A program made the position numbers and the translations under genes. A DNA stretch of 63,722 nt, counting the filler, from Globobulimina sp. (taxonomy: Eukaryota), in NCBI GenBank assembly GCA_003354225.1. It is 27 parts of 27 records of this genome, joined end to end, with 100 filler letters (N's around TTAATTAATTAA, not from the genome) between each part and the next. Parts side by side here need not be neighbours in the genome. Positions count along the whole stretch, not along the records: positions 35,470 to 37,733 come from PIVH01007789.1; positions 37,834 to 40,097 come from PIVH01007790.1; positions 40,198 to 42,460 come from PIVH01007791.1; positions 42,561 to 44,823 come from PIVH01007792.1; positions 44,924 to 47,186 come from PIVH01007793.1; positions 47,287 to 49,549 come from PIVH01007794.1; 21 more parts are not named here. One strand, 5' to 3'. This document shows, one piece after another, positions 37,463-47,469 of this stretch; position 1 is the stretch's first letter, and each line of letters begins with the position of its first letter. The notes under the pieces were generated by a model. It did not search any database. It saw nothing but the letters and a program-made list of their open reading frames with translations, and was not told the origin of the DNA.

Positions 37463-37910
37463 CAACCCCATCCAACTTTAATAAATCGTCACCCTTAGCC
37501 ATACACACTCCCATCCCGCTCGCGCGGCAATATAAATAAACAGCTAATCATTATCGGCGACATCATGCAGAACCCCGATAACTGGAACGTCTTACGTCCC
37601 CTTCGCAAATCAGCCGAACAACCTACCACCCCATCCCGAAACATCAAACAATTCGTTTGTCCATCGTCCGAGAGTGATACCAGTATCAAAATTTAATGAA
37701 GAGTAAATATTATTATTATAAAAGACATTCATGNNNNNNNNNNNNNNNNNNNNNNNNNNNNNNNNNNNNNNNNNNNNTTAATTAATTAANNNNNNNNNNN
37801 NNNNNNNNNNNNNNNNNNNNNNNNNNNNNNNNNGCTGGACAATATCGATGACATTAATCTTCGTTTAGTTCGATAACTTTTTGATTCAATGAATAATAAT
37901 TTATGCTGCA

Positions 37911-39458
37911 ATGTGTGATACAGCAACCAAAAAAAAACGAAAGCTAAACAATAATGAATCGAATACAAATAATAAACAGAATGATATAAATGAAATACAA
38001 GAATGCAAAGCGAATGATTTTGAAGACATTGCATTTTATTTAACAAAATCTCCATTTGCTCAAAATAATGATGGTAAATATGCATTTAATAAATATAGTT
38101 TATTTTTAGATGAAATAATAACAACTTCGGCTCCATCCTCTATCATCGAAAAATGCATAATTTTTAGTTTTAAAATTGATCCGGAATGGATGTTTGAAGC
38201 ATGTCCGATTCTAAAAAATAAAGAAAAAGTCGAACAGGTTTATATGTTTCACGGTGAATCGTTAGAAGAACACTATAATCTTTGCAATTATCAATTAATT
38301 TATGATCATTTACATTTACATAAAATTAAAATGAGTTTTTCATTTGGTACACATCACTCAAAAATGATCATTTTACTGTATAAGAATGAGGGCATTCGGA
38401 TTATGATAACATCGGCAAACATGATCCAAAGAGATTGGTGTTATAAAACTAATGGTATATATTTACAGGACTTCCCATTGAAAAGTAAAGCAATTCAATC
38501 AAATGACTTTGCCTCCACATTATATTCATACTGCAACGAATTGCGTGGTTTGAATAATAAATGTATTTTGGACTTCAATTTCTTAAACAATTATGACTTC
38601 AGTTCAGCCAAAATATTATTAATTCCATCGGTTCCTGGATATCATAAACATAATTTCTTTGGTCACAGACGATTAAGATATTTATTGTCAAAATATGATA
38701 CAAAAACAAATGATGATAACTTAGTTTTAAATGTAAGTTCCATCGGTTCCTTGACTCAGCAATGGTTAATGGATGAATTTCTGCAAGAAAGTTTCTATGG
38801 AAATAATAAAAGTGGAAAGAATTTAAAATTATTATGGCCAACAACAGAAAATGTAAGAAATAGCATTGAAGGTTATGCTGCCGGCGGTTCTTTATGTTTT
38901 TCAAAGAAATGCTGCAAACCTTTTTTATCAAAATATTTCAATAAATATAAAGCAGAGATATCGGGACGAAAACTGTTAATGCCACATATTAAAACATATT
39001 CTGTGGTTGATGTTAAACAGCGGAAATTGAGATTTTTTATATTAAGTTCAGCGAATTTATCGACAGCCGCATGGGGGAAATTGCAGAAAAATAAAAGTCA
39101 ACTTTTTATTAGATCGTTTGAGATGGGATGTTTATATTTGCCACGTGTTTATATTAATAATTATATGAAACATAGACATCGTGGCTTCAATTTAACTCAT
39201 TTGCCATTTAAAAATGTAAAACGAAATTTAAATACAAATAATGAATATGACATTAATGCTATGGATGATGTTGAATTTGAAATATTGTATCAAGTGAATA
39301 AAGCTAAAAAATCGTCAAATGGGACAAGGAAAATTATTTTCCCCATTCCAATGGAAATATTAGACACTCAAAATTATGGAAAAGAGGATAAACCATGGAT
39401 TTGGGATTTGCAATATCGAGAGCCTGACATGTATGGTAAACCATGGCCTCCTCACTGA
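37911..39458 (+). CDS. TDP1: Tyrosyl-DNA phosphodiesterase 1
   Basis: Two HxK motifs (GTHHSKM, PHIKTY), SANLSTAAWG, IRSFEMG and PW-rich C-terminus. Confidence 0.96.
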   Translation: MCDTATKKKRKLNNNESNTNNKQNDINEIQECKANDFEDIAFYLTKSPFAQNNDGKYAFNKYSLFLDEIITTSAPSSIIEKCIIFSFKIDPEWMFEACPILKNKEKVEQVYMFHGESLEEHYNLCNYQLIYDHLHLHKIKMSFSFGTHHSKMIILLYKNEGIRIMITSANMIQRDWCYKTNGIYLQDFPLKSKAIQSNDFASTLYSYCNELRGLNNKCILDFNFLNNYDFSSAKILLIPSVPGYHKHNFFGHRRLRYLLSKYDTKTNDDNLVLNVSSIGSLTQQWLMDEFLQESFYGNNKSGKNLKLLWPTTENVRNSIEGYAAGGSLCFSKKCCKPFLSKYFNKYKAEISGRKLLMPHIKTYSVVDVKQRKLRFFILSSANLSTAAWGKLQKNKSQLFIRSFEMGCLYLPRVYINNYMKHRHRGFNLTHLPFKNVKRNLNTNNEYDINAMDDVEFEILYQVNKAKKSSNGTRKIIFPIPMEILDTQNYGKEDKPWIWDLQYREPDMYGKPWPPH

Positions 39459-40197
39459 TTGCTTTCATTTGTTTAAAAAAATATGGTAACTTTCATCAGA
39501 CCACAGTACAACAGCTTAAATAAATCTTTCTTTCGGCCAGAATGTTCACAAAATCAGAACATTCAACACAAAAAAACAAGTACATGCAGCAAAAATACGT
39601 ACAAAAAATAGGAGTTGAACACAAAAATAGTAATCATCAGGATCGATCACGAGATCATATATCATTTAAAAATTGTAATAATAAATCTATAAATTTTAAG
39701 ATGGATGATGTGGTGTTTGAAATCACGACAAGTGTTCGATTGTCGCATAACGCATCGTTAGAAGAGTTCAGTTGTGGAATCAAAAGATGGGCAATAACAA
39801 TTAATGATCGAGAATGTGAATGATAAAAAGTTTGCGCAATATCTGGAACAATATATTGAAGGATGGATTGATGCGGATTGTACTGACGATGATGATGAGG
39901 AGGATGACGACGATGAAGAAAGTGATTGATTTATAATCCAACTCTCTTGACTTTCTAGATTTTTTAATCTAAAACAACTACACAAATCTCTATTAATTGC
40001 GTCAACTTTAATCAAGCTTCCATGCTCTGAGAAATGATCATAGAGTATACCAAAAAGAGGAGTGTAAATGATCAAGCATACCGAGACTTAACTCCTTNNN
40101 NNNNNNNNNNNNNNNNNNNNNNNNNNNNNNNNNNNNNNNNNTTAATTAATTAANNNNNNNNNNNNNNNNNNNNNNNNNNNNNNNNNNNNNNNNNNNN

Positions 40198-40293
40198 GAG
40201 GCATTTATATCCGATTGTTTTTATATTGTTGTTTTTTGTTATCTTTGGGTTTTTTTGGAAATTAATAGAAAAATGAAAATGAACCTAGAGTAA
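40198..40293 (+). CDS. 3' end of a hydrophobic ORF coupled (TAATG overlap) to the next gene
   Basis: EAFISDCFYIVVFCYLWVFLEINRKMKMNLE-stop; the stop overlaps the ATG at 40293. Confidence 0.5.
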   Translation, partial: EAFISDCFYIVVFCYLWVFLEINRKMKMNLE

Positions 40294-40616
40294 TGTTTAA
40301 TTATCTCAGACAATATTGGAAGCTAGCGTTACCAATTTGGTTCGTTAACCTCTTTATACCAGTTCTATATCATGTGCCTCGTGGCACTACTGAGGGATAC
40401 TGGATTACAATTGGGGAAGAGTACACTTCGTACATTTTGGTAATGTGGCCTGCCGTATTCACCAAAGCTTTTATTGAAACTTTGCCGTTTAGTTTTTTGT
40501 TTTTGCTCTTGATGACTTTGGCTTTATTTATGCACATATTCTTATGCTCATTTTTAGCTCATATGTTTGCGAGGTTGTCATTTGTAAAAAGGTTACTTAA
40601 TGAGACTACAAATTAA
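40293..40616 (+). CDS. Cassette membrane protein (2-3 TM)
   Basis: 107-aa hydrophobic ORF ending just before attC1. Confidence 0.7.
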   Translation: MFNYLRQYWKLALPIWFVNLFIPVLYHVPRGTTEGYWITIGEEYTSYILVMWPAVFTKAFIETLPFSFLFLLLMTLALFMHIFLCSFLAHMFARLSFVKRLLNETTN

Positions 40617-40618
40617 AA

Positions 40619-40696
40619 TGCTAACAAGGCAATGTTGCAGACAGTCAAAAGTTCAGCGCGCTTCCCTTTTGCCTGCAGCAAATTGCGGCGTTAGCT
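40619..40696 (+). other. attC site 1 (78 bp)
   Basis: TGCTAAC ... GTTAGCT with inner arms GCAATGTTGCAG / CTGCAGCAAATTGC. Confidence 0.88.
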
Positions 40697-40710
40697 GCTA
40701 AAGAGAAATT

Positions 40711-41388
40711 ATGAACATCGAGAAGTTCTTTATAGATTTTCAAGATTTTATGGCTCCAACGATGGATGTCTATGAACAATCTATTTACATCTACATTATT
40801 CGCCATAGCAGATTAATCGGCCAAAATGATGCTGTTATTGGTTTCAAGTCAGCAAGGAAAAAACTCGGGTATGGTGTTGGTAAAGCAAAAACACCGCCAT
40901 CCGAAGGTGTTTGCTACGAAAGACTTACAACTCTTTCTCAAAAAGGCTATATCAAAGTTTTGGGCTCTGAACGCATGGGCACCAGAATTCACGCATACCT
41001 CCCAGAAGAAATTCCTGGCTTATGTAAAGCCGGGGAAGAAAGTGTAGTAATTGACATCGAAGATATGGATTTCTTTGAGGTGCCTAAGAACAGGCTGCTA
41101 ATTCTTGAGCGAGAGAATCACGAATGCTTCTACTGTAAAGCAAAGCTCAACAGTGAAAACTACATCATGGAGCATGTCGTTAGTCGCCCTGAAGGTACTA
41201 ATTCTTATCGTAATATTGTTGCCTCTTGCCGCACATGCAACAACAAAAAAGGCCCAGAAGAAGTTTCCGCATTTATGCGCAATCTCTACCGTGAGGGGCT
41301 TCTCAGCCAAGAAGAGTTCCAAGAGGTTTTAGCTAAACTTGAAAAACTAAAAAATGGTGAGTTACAGCCGGTGGTAACATGCAGCTAA
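40711..41388 (+). CDS. Winged-helix-like domain plus HNH endonuclease (cassette gene)
   Basis: CFYC..MEHVVSRPEG.NSYRNIVASCRTCNNKKG zinc-binding HNH motif; N-terminal region ending LSQKGYIKV is typical of wHTH. Confidence 0.88.
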   Translation: MNIEKFFIDFQDFMAPTMDVYEQSIYIYIIRHSRLIGQNDAVIGFKSARKKLGYGVGKAKTPPSEGVCYERLTTLSQKGYIKVLGSERMGTRIHAYLPEEIPGLCKAGEESVVIDIEDMDFFEVPKNRLLILERENHECFYCKAKLNSENYIMEHVVSRPEGTNSYRNIVASCRTCNNKKGPEEVSAFMRNLYREGLLSQEEFQEVLAKLEKLKNGELQPVVTCS

Positions 41389-41479
41389 CAAGGCAAGGCA
41401 TCGGACTGTCAAAAGCGTCACTTAAATTGCTTACGCAATTACGTGCCACTTTTGCCAGCCCATGCTTGCGGCGTTATGT
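41383..41479 (+). other. attC site 2 (97 bp)
   Basis: AGCTAAC ... GTTATGT; CAGCTAAC is the exact complement of GTTAGCTG, which opens this cassette. Confidence 0.9.
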
Positions 41480-41495
41480 GTAAGGAAGTGTCATC

Positions 41496-41783
41496 GTGAA
41501 AAACGACGGATTAAATGATATTGAGTATGACTTCGGAGATGATAAAGAGCTCAATGAAAGAGTCAGCTTTATCCTAAATGAAACAGTCCATGTTTTTCGT
41601 TATCATCTTGATGGCAATTGGAAAACTATATACAAGCCGAAGTACGCAGCGATGCTAGCTTCTGAAATTGAGAAGAAGCCGTCTTTAATTAAGAAGCTAA
41701 TCGCTATTAAAGATCCAGTTGTTAAAAACATTACATATGCTGCAATTGATTATAATAAAGAGCACCGTAGTGAAAATACATAA
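41496..41783 (+). CDS. Cassette hypothetical protein (95 aa)
   Basis: AAGGAAG RBS, GTG start, stop inside attC3. Confidence 0.75.
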   Translation: MKNDGLNDIEYDFGDDKELNERVSFILNETVHVFRYHLDGNWKTIYKPKYAAMLASEIEKKPSLIKKLIAIKDPVVKNITYAAIDYNKEHRSENT

Positions 41784-41858
41784 CAAGGTGCGGCACAATC
41801 GCCCGCAAGCGGGCTGGACTCGTCGCTACGCTCCTCGCCTGTGCGCACGGCGTTAGGT
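41778..41858 (+). other. attC site 3 (81 bp)
   Basis: ACATAAC ... GTTAGGT; internal GCCCGC-AA-GCGGGC hairpin; ACATAAC complements the GTTATGT cassette start. Confidence 0.9.
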
Positions 41859-41861
41859 GGC

Positions 41862-42236
41862 ATGGTGATTGAGTCTCTATTGAATATTGCGAAAAATATC
41901 GATGAAGAAGACTACATTCGTGTAGAAGCTCTGAAAGATATGCTCCTAGAAATAGAAGATTATCCTCTCTCTACTGCCGAAGTAAGCAAAGCATTGATAG
42001 CAATTATTATTAATAAAAATGATGATGTTATTGTACGCCAACATGCAGCAAATGAACTTTATCATTATATCGGTGACTCTTGCCCTGATAAAAATATAAT
42101 TAATGTGATTTTAGATCAAACAGAAGATATCAATCTTAAAGTAAATTTATGTGAAGCACTGAGAGACGATGAGTCCTCTATAAAATATATTTCACAAAAC
42201 CTAAAAGAAACAGATGATCTTAATAAATACATTTAA
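41862..42236 (+). CDS. Cassette acidic HEAT-repeat-like protein
   Basis: ATG 3 nt after the core site; repeats EEDYIRVEAL, DDVIVRQHAA, EDINLKVNLC. Confidence 0.7.
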   Translation: MVIESLLNIAKNIDEEDYIRVEALKDMLLEIEDYPLSTAEVSKALIAIIINKNDDVIVRQHAANELYHYIGDSCPDKNIINVILDQTEDINLKVNLCEALRDDESSIKYISQNLKETDDLNKYI

Positions 42237-42241
42237 ACAGC

Positions 42242-42349
42242 ACCTAACAAGTCAAGGTTGCCTCACTTCGTTGGACCTTCGCAAACTGTCACCTTTTTTG
42301 TTCCAAAAAAGCCGCCAGCTTGCTACGGCCGCAACTTGAGGCGTTCTGT
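42242..42349 (+). other. attC site 4 (108 bp)
   Basis: ACCTAAC ... GTTCTGT; arms TCAAGGTTGC / GCAACTTGA; CACCTAAC complements GTTAGGTG. Confidence 0.88.
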
Positions 42350-43141
42350 GCCTAAAGAAAAGGGTTTGTCGTGAGCTGCAACAGTCAGCTTGGGTAATGG
42401 CACAATTGAAGTCAGCAATCCACCAGAGTAGTTTTTACCACCGCTCTGGTACAGTACGAANNNNNNNNNNNNNNNNNNNNNNNNNNNNNNNNNNNNNNNN
42501 NNNNTTAATTAATTAANNNNNNNNNNNNNNNNNNNNNNNNNNNNNNNNNNNNNNNNNNNNAATAATGCTAATAATATCTGTGTGGATGTATGGAGTGCTG
42601 CAGTTTCTAACGTATCCACTTACTAATAATTGGGATCGTCTTTTCCTGACAGCATTGTTCATTTTCTGTGAACGTTTTCCGTTTGTTTTTTACAAATTAA
42701 GAGTAGAAATTAAAGTTCGCTAAAACGAACAAATCGGATCTGATTGATCTTGGGCATTATTGCATTATATAATTAAATAGAAAACGCATAACAGACTGTA
42801 CGTGTCGTGTCGCGAGTGATCGATATGAGATAAAGGTGGTGAAAAGGAAGGGACATCGCACCATACATATTAATATACAGATATTGGCGACGCCGGTGAG
42901 CAATGAACATATGATTGATAATGTAGACGGATGAATATTTGCCCCAAGCGAGAGCTTCCATAAATGATATTGTGGCGAGCAATCAACTCAAAATGAAGTC
43001 CGATCACAGAATGAAAATTAGCTCAATAGTTGTGACTGTTTTTCTTCAATGACCAGTATTGAATTTTGTTAGATATTTAACAAATCGACCATTCATATAC
43101 AAGAATTTGAGTGTGAGATGCAGTTACAAATAAGAAATGTG

Positions 43142-44823
43142 TTATACTTTTGATATCTGATTTGCAACCACAAGTACATCATATGCATCGTTTTTAATCC
43201 ACAGCTCCATAACGAGATTCACTTTATTTCCCCCAGCTTTACCATCATATGTTCCCTTTTCATATCGTTCTTTTGCATGAGCAGCTTTCAGAGGACTTGA
43301 CTTAAGTGCTTTTATTGTCATTGTACTCAAATTCCATGACTTATTCTTTTTCCTCATACTCTTCATATGCAAATATTCTCCTATTTCGCGATATATTCCT
43401 CATAATGTCATCACTTAATTCTATGTTGCTAATTTCTATTTTTTCTACTTTCGGATATAAACATTGCAATACATCCATCTGAATCCACTCATACTTTTTA
43501 TCATATGCGTGTTTTCGTGCACAGCAATTCAAATAATTCTGTATATTTCTGCAGCACCATATAATTCACTGTCAGCTCAGTTTTATTTTCAAAATGCACA
43601 TTGAGCAGCTTTTGGCCGTATTCGTGCAAACTTTTAATTCGTTTGCACTTAAAATCTCCGCCATGGCCATGAATACATAATTGGTGCGCAACAATATGGG
43701 CTTCCAGGTGAACATAAACATCGCTTTCATGAAAATGCGCCTCACACAACATCCTATCAATTCTTTTCAATGCATCCAAAATCCAATAAAATTCAACACC
43801 GACAGTGTCCCGAATATTTTTGATTTGCAGCGGGTCTCTATTTTGTAGAAATAGACGTTCTTTCTCGTGCGGGAAATCCGATAACCAGTCAGTTGAAAAG
43901 TATTTAGCTTTCGATGTTTTGCCGCCAAATGTCATGATCAAACCTTTATCATTCTGAGCAAAATTAATTGCAACTTCCAGACTCGAAGAGGTAGACAATG
44001 GGCAGAAAATACTTATTCCTCTGCCTAAATCGCCCACAATTTGGGGTGGAATCAATTTTTGGTTCACGCCATGGTGGAATTTGCGAATGCTTCCATCTTT
44101 GATACAAGTTCCAAAGTCCAGCACTGTCTCTTTCAGCAATTTGCCTAAATGGTAGAATTGCGTATGATCGAATCCATGGTTGTTTCTGTAGGTGTCACTG
44201 AATGCTGCTTGCAACGAATCAAAATTGCAATAAAGCATCACAGCTAACAAATGTTGATGGGAGATAGTGGCGAAATGTTTATTACCTTTTCTAAAATATG
44301 ACTCATAGTGCAATTTAGATTGAATGTATTGATGATCAAACTGTTCCTTTGCAAGGCGTACTGGTAACTGATTGCATGTTACTTCAGCTCTCAATGATTC
44401 ATATTTCGCTGTGACATAAATGACTTTTGTATGCATGCCAGAGATCTCATCCTTCTTTTCATCACTTTTGGCATCGTACATAAACTCGAAACCAAACATA
44501 AACATTCTATCACCAATATTAATGTCGTCGATATCTGTGTAGAGCTGGTTGTATTTTTTAGTTATTCGCATTTTGTTGTTTATATAGATATCATTTGTTT
44601 TCTCCTCGTTGTTGGCGTTGTGATGATAAAGAAAACAATGGATTTTGTCGAGAATTGACAGTCTGGCAATGTACTCTGGGTCAGCCCTTTCAATATGAAC
44701 TGGTATTGGTCGCTCTCGTCGCTCTCGATAGTGTCTAGCATATATTCTGCAGGTTGGTACATCACAATTATTAATATCATGTGTTGCTTGATATTGTGTA
44801 TCCAAATAATGCAATACCTGATG
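43142..44823 (-). CDS. ADP-ribosyltransferase-like domain protein; 5'-partial, C-terminus frame-disrupted
   Basis: KFHHGV / PLSTSSSLEVAINFA / SDFPHEKERLF follow R-S-E ART motif order. Confidence 0.6.
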
Positions 44824-45153
44824 NNNNNNNNNNNNNNNNNNNNNNNNNNNNNNNNNNNNNNNNNNNNTTAATTAATTAANNNNNNNNNNNNNNNNNNNNN
44901 NNNNNNNNNNNNNNNNNNNNNNNTTAAAAATCCAATCTCGGCTAGAAGTGACTGAAAAGGTGACATGCTTTCGAATGTTTAACCTCCGAACTTAGTTGAC
45001 CCTAGTCAATTGCAAAGCTGTAAAAATAATGGAAATAAGCCAACACCGACAGGTATTTCCAATGGATTTCAAATTTCAAAGGGTGCTACAGAAACGGATA
45101 AATAATTACGTCTCAAAACAACACCATGTAAACATTTCAAATAAGTTAAAAAA

Positions 45154-45480
45154 TGTGGCGTGAGCTCTGTCTGCTCTTGTTTGTGGCGTGAGCTCTGTCT
45201 GCTCTTATTTGTGTGGTGTGTGTTCTGAGCGTCATAAAGTGATTACACATATGTTCGAGTCAATCAATCAAGAAAAAAATAGAGTTTAGGTTAGGATTAT
45301 TCCGGGAACTATTTAGTCATAAAGTGATTACACATATGTTCGAGTCAATCAATCAGAAAAAAATTATTTTTAGAGTTTAGGTTAGACGACACACACAAAA
45401 GCGGACAGAACACACACAAAAGAGCAGACAGAACACACACCACACAAAAGAGCAGACAGAGCCCACCCCACACAAAAGAA
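45154..45480. repeat. Nested direct and inverted repeats upstream of the BTB gene
   Basis: Duplicated GTCATAAAGTGATTACACATATGTTCGAGTCAATCAATCA, flanked by inverted GCTCTGTCTGCTCTT..TGTGTGGTGTGTGTTCTG / CAGAACACACACCACACA..AAGAGCAGACAGAGC. Confidence 0.8.
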
Positions 45481-45656
45481 CATTTTTCAGTATTTAGCGA
45501 TTTCTTATTTCTGCTGTTCGAAAACATTTCTGCAATATTACTTGTTGATTTTTAACAGAGAAATATTAAATACAAATTTTCACACAAGGAAGAATAGTCT
45601 TATTTGGTGTTTGGTTATAACACAAATTCTCAAAGCGGCAAAACATCGCTCATAAT

Positions 45657-47186
45657 ATGAAAATTGCTCAGAAAATAGTATATAAAAATTATATATTAGA
45701 TAACATTCGAAATTTGGCAAATGATGAACGTTTAACTGATGTAACATTTATTGTCGAAGACGAAGAATTTTATGGTATTCGATCATTATTTGGATGCCAA
45801 TCAATTGTGTTTCGGCAAATGTTATATGGATCAATGATGGAATCAAACCCAGGAAATTGCGTTATTTTAAATGATATAACAATCAAAGCATTTAAATATA
45901 TACGAAATACTTTTTATAATATATTTGAAAATGAATTAACTGCATTAATTGTTGTCGATGTCTTATGTGCAGCGAAAAAATATTTAATTGAGCCATTAAC
46001 AAAAAAATGTTTAAATTTCATAAAAAATATAACCGATGTTGGTGACTGGTATTTTGTTTTAAATAAATTTGAAGAATCACCATTCTACATTTCAAATGAT
46101 TTTATTCTTGAAATAATAAATATTTCCGAACCGCCATATATTTTACAATATAAATCGTTGCAATTTATTCAAAATAAAAGATTTAAATATTTAAAATACG
46201 AAACAGTTTTAATTTTAATTTCTTCCGACAATTTAGCTGTGCAGGAAGACGAGATTTGGCAGTCTTTATTAAAATGGACACGATTCAATGCCAAAAATTC
46301 AGACGAAACAACAAATATAAATGCATTTGGATATGATGAGGAATCCAAAGATTTGGAAGACAGTGAAAACGAAAGGGAAGAAAGTGTAGAAAGTGCAGAA
46401 AGTGCAGAAAATGAAAAAGAAAATATAATATTAAATGAGACGGAGAAAGATTTGATGAATGGCTTCATAAAATATATACGTTTTAATCAGATGACATCAA
46501 TGTATTTAAAAGAGAACATTGTGGAAAAAAGAGTGTTATTACCGAGAGATATTATAAATATTATGTTTGCGCGGGAAAATGGGGTAAAATGGAAATCAAA
46601 ATTTAATGCTAAGCCACGAATAAAAGCAAAGGCAATGGATACTTTTCAATTAAACGAAGTCTGTTTGTCTTTAAAAGAAATAAAATCATTAAACGTTGGC
46701 GATTTAGTCGATTTTCGTGATTTTTATGGTTTATTTTGCTCGGCTTCAGTTATTGAGGTTGATCACAATGAAAATAAAATAAAAATGCATTACAATTCAT
46801 GGGGTTCTACGTATGATGAATGGTATAATTATTTATCTGATGATAATAATGTTGCTAATGATGAGCGAATAACATTGCTGCAAAAAGATAAAAATTCTCG
46901 AATCGCTAAATTTGGATCGATCACTAATCGGAAAATAAAAAGAGAATATTTCCGTGAAAAAATTGAGCGATTTAGTGATAATATAAATAATTCAAATAAC
47001 GAATGCCAGGTTAAATTAACAAATTGGTTTTGGAAAAAAAATGAAAGTTATATTGTTAATAAATATTTATATATCAATAAATGGTTAAATGCAAAAGTTA
47101 TTGGATTTAAAACTGCTGCAAAATATTCGCATCATATTAAAATAGGAATATATATAAACGATGAACATTTTGAGTATTGGATACAT
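45657..47186 (+). CDS. BTB-BACK plus Tudor-knot/chromo-barrel-like domain protein, 3'-partial
   Basis: DVTFIVE..SIVFRQMLYG; EDEIWQSLLKW; VGDLVDFRD..ASVIEVD..KMHYNSWGSTYDEW. Confidence 0.85.
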
Positions 47187-47469
47187 NNNNNNNNNNNNNN
47201 NNNNNNNNNNNNNNNNNNNNNNNNNNNNNNTTAATTAATTAANNNNNNNNNNNNNNNNNNNNNNNNNNNNNNNNNNNNNNNNNNNNAAACTGTATTCCTC
47301 AAAGTCGAAAACTGTATTCTTCATCGCTTGAACTAAAAGCAAAAACTCTTATGCGTCCACATTTGGTTATTAATAGATATCTGCTCCATAAACAAAAAAT
47401 GGATAAAATCATATAACAAAACTAAAAAAAAAAGAAATTTCGATCAGTCAACAATAATAAATAGTAAAT

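Larger units (their letters stand above)
40198..42460 (+). mobile_element. Bacterial integron gene-cassette array fragment (no intI on this contig)
   Basis: Intronless co-oriented ORFs, each followed by an attC hairpin; in three complete cassettes the leading GTT core matches the trailing inverse core. Confidence 0.93.

Noticed and set aside
41841-41861. ORF-track GTG start for the HEAT-like cassette gene
   Set aside because: Lies inside attC3, which belongs to the previous cassette; ATG at 41862 is the plausible start.
40619-42349. attC hairpins read as rho-independent terminators or REP elements
   Set aside because: They lack terminal U-tracts and have AAC/GTT core boxes with cassette-specific complementarity.
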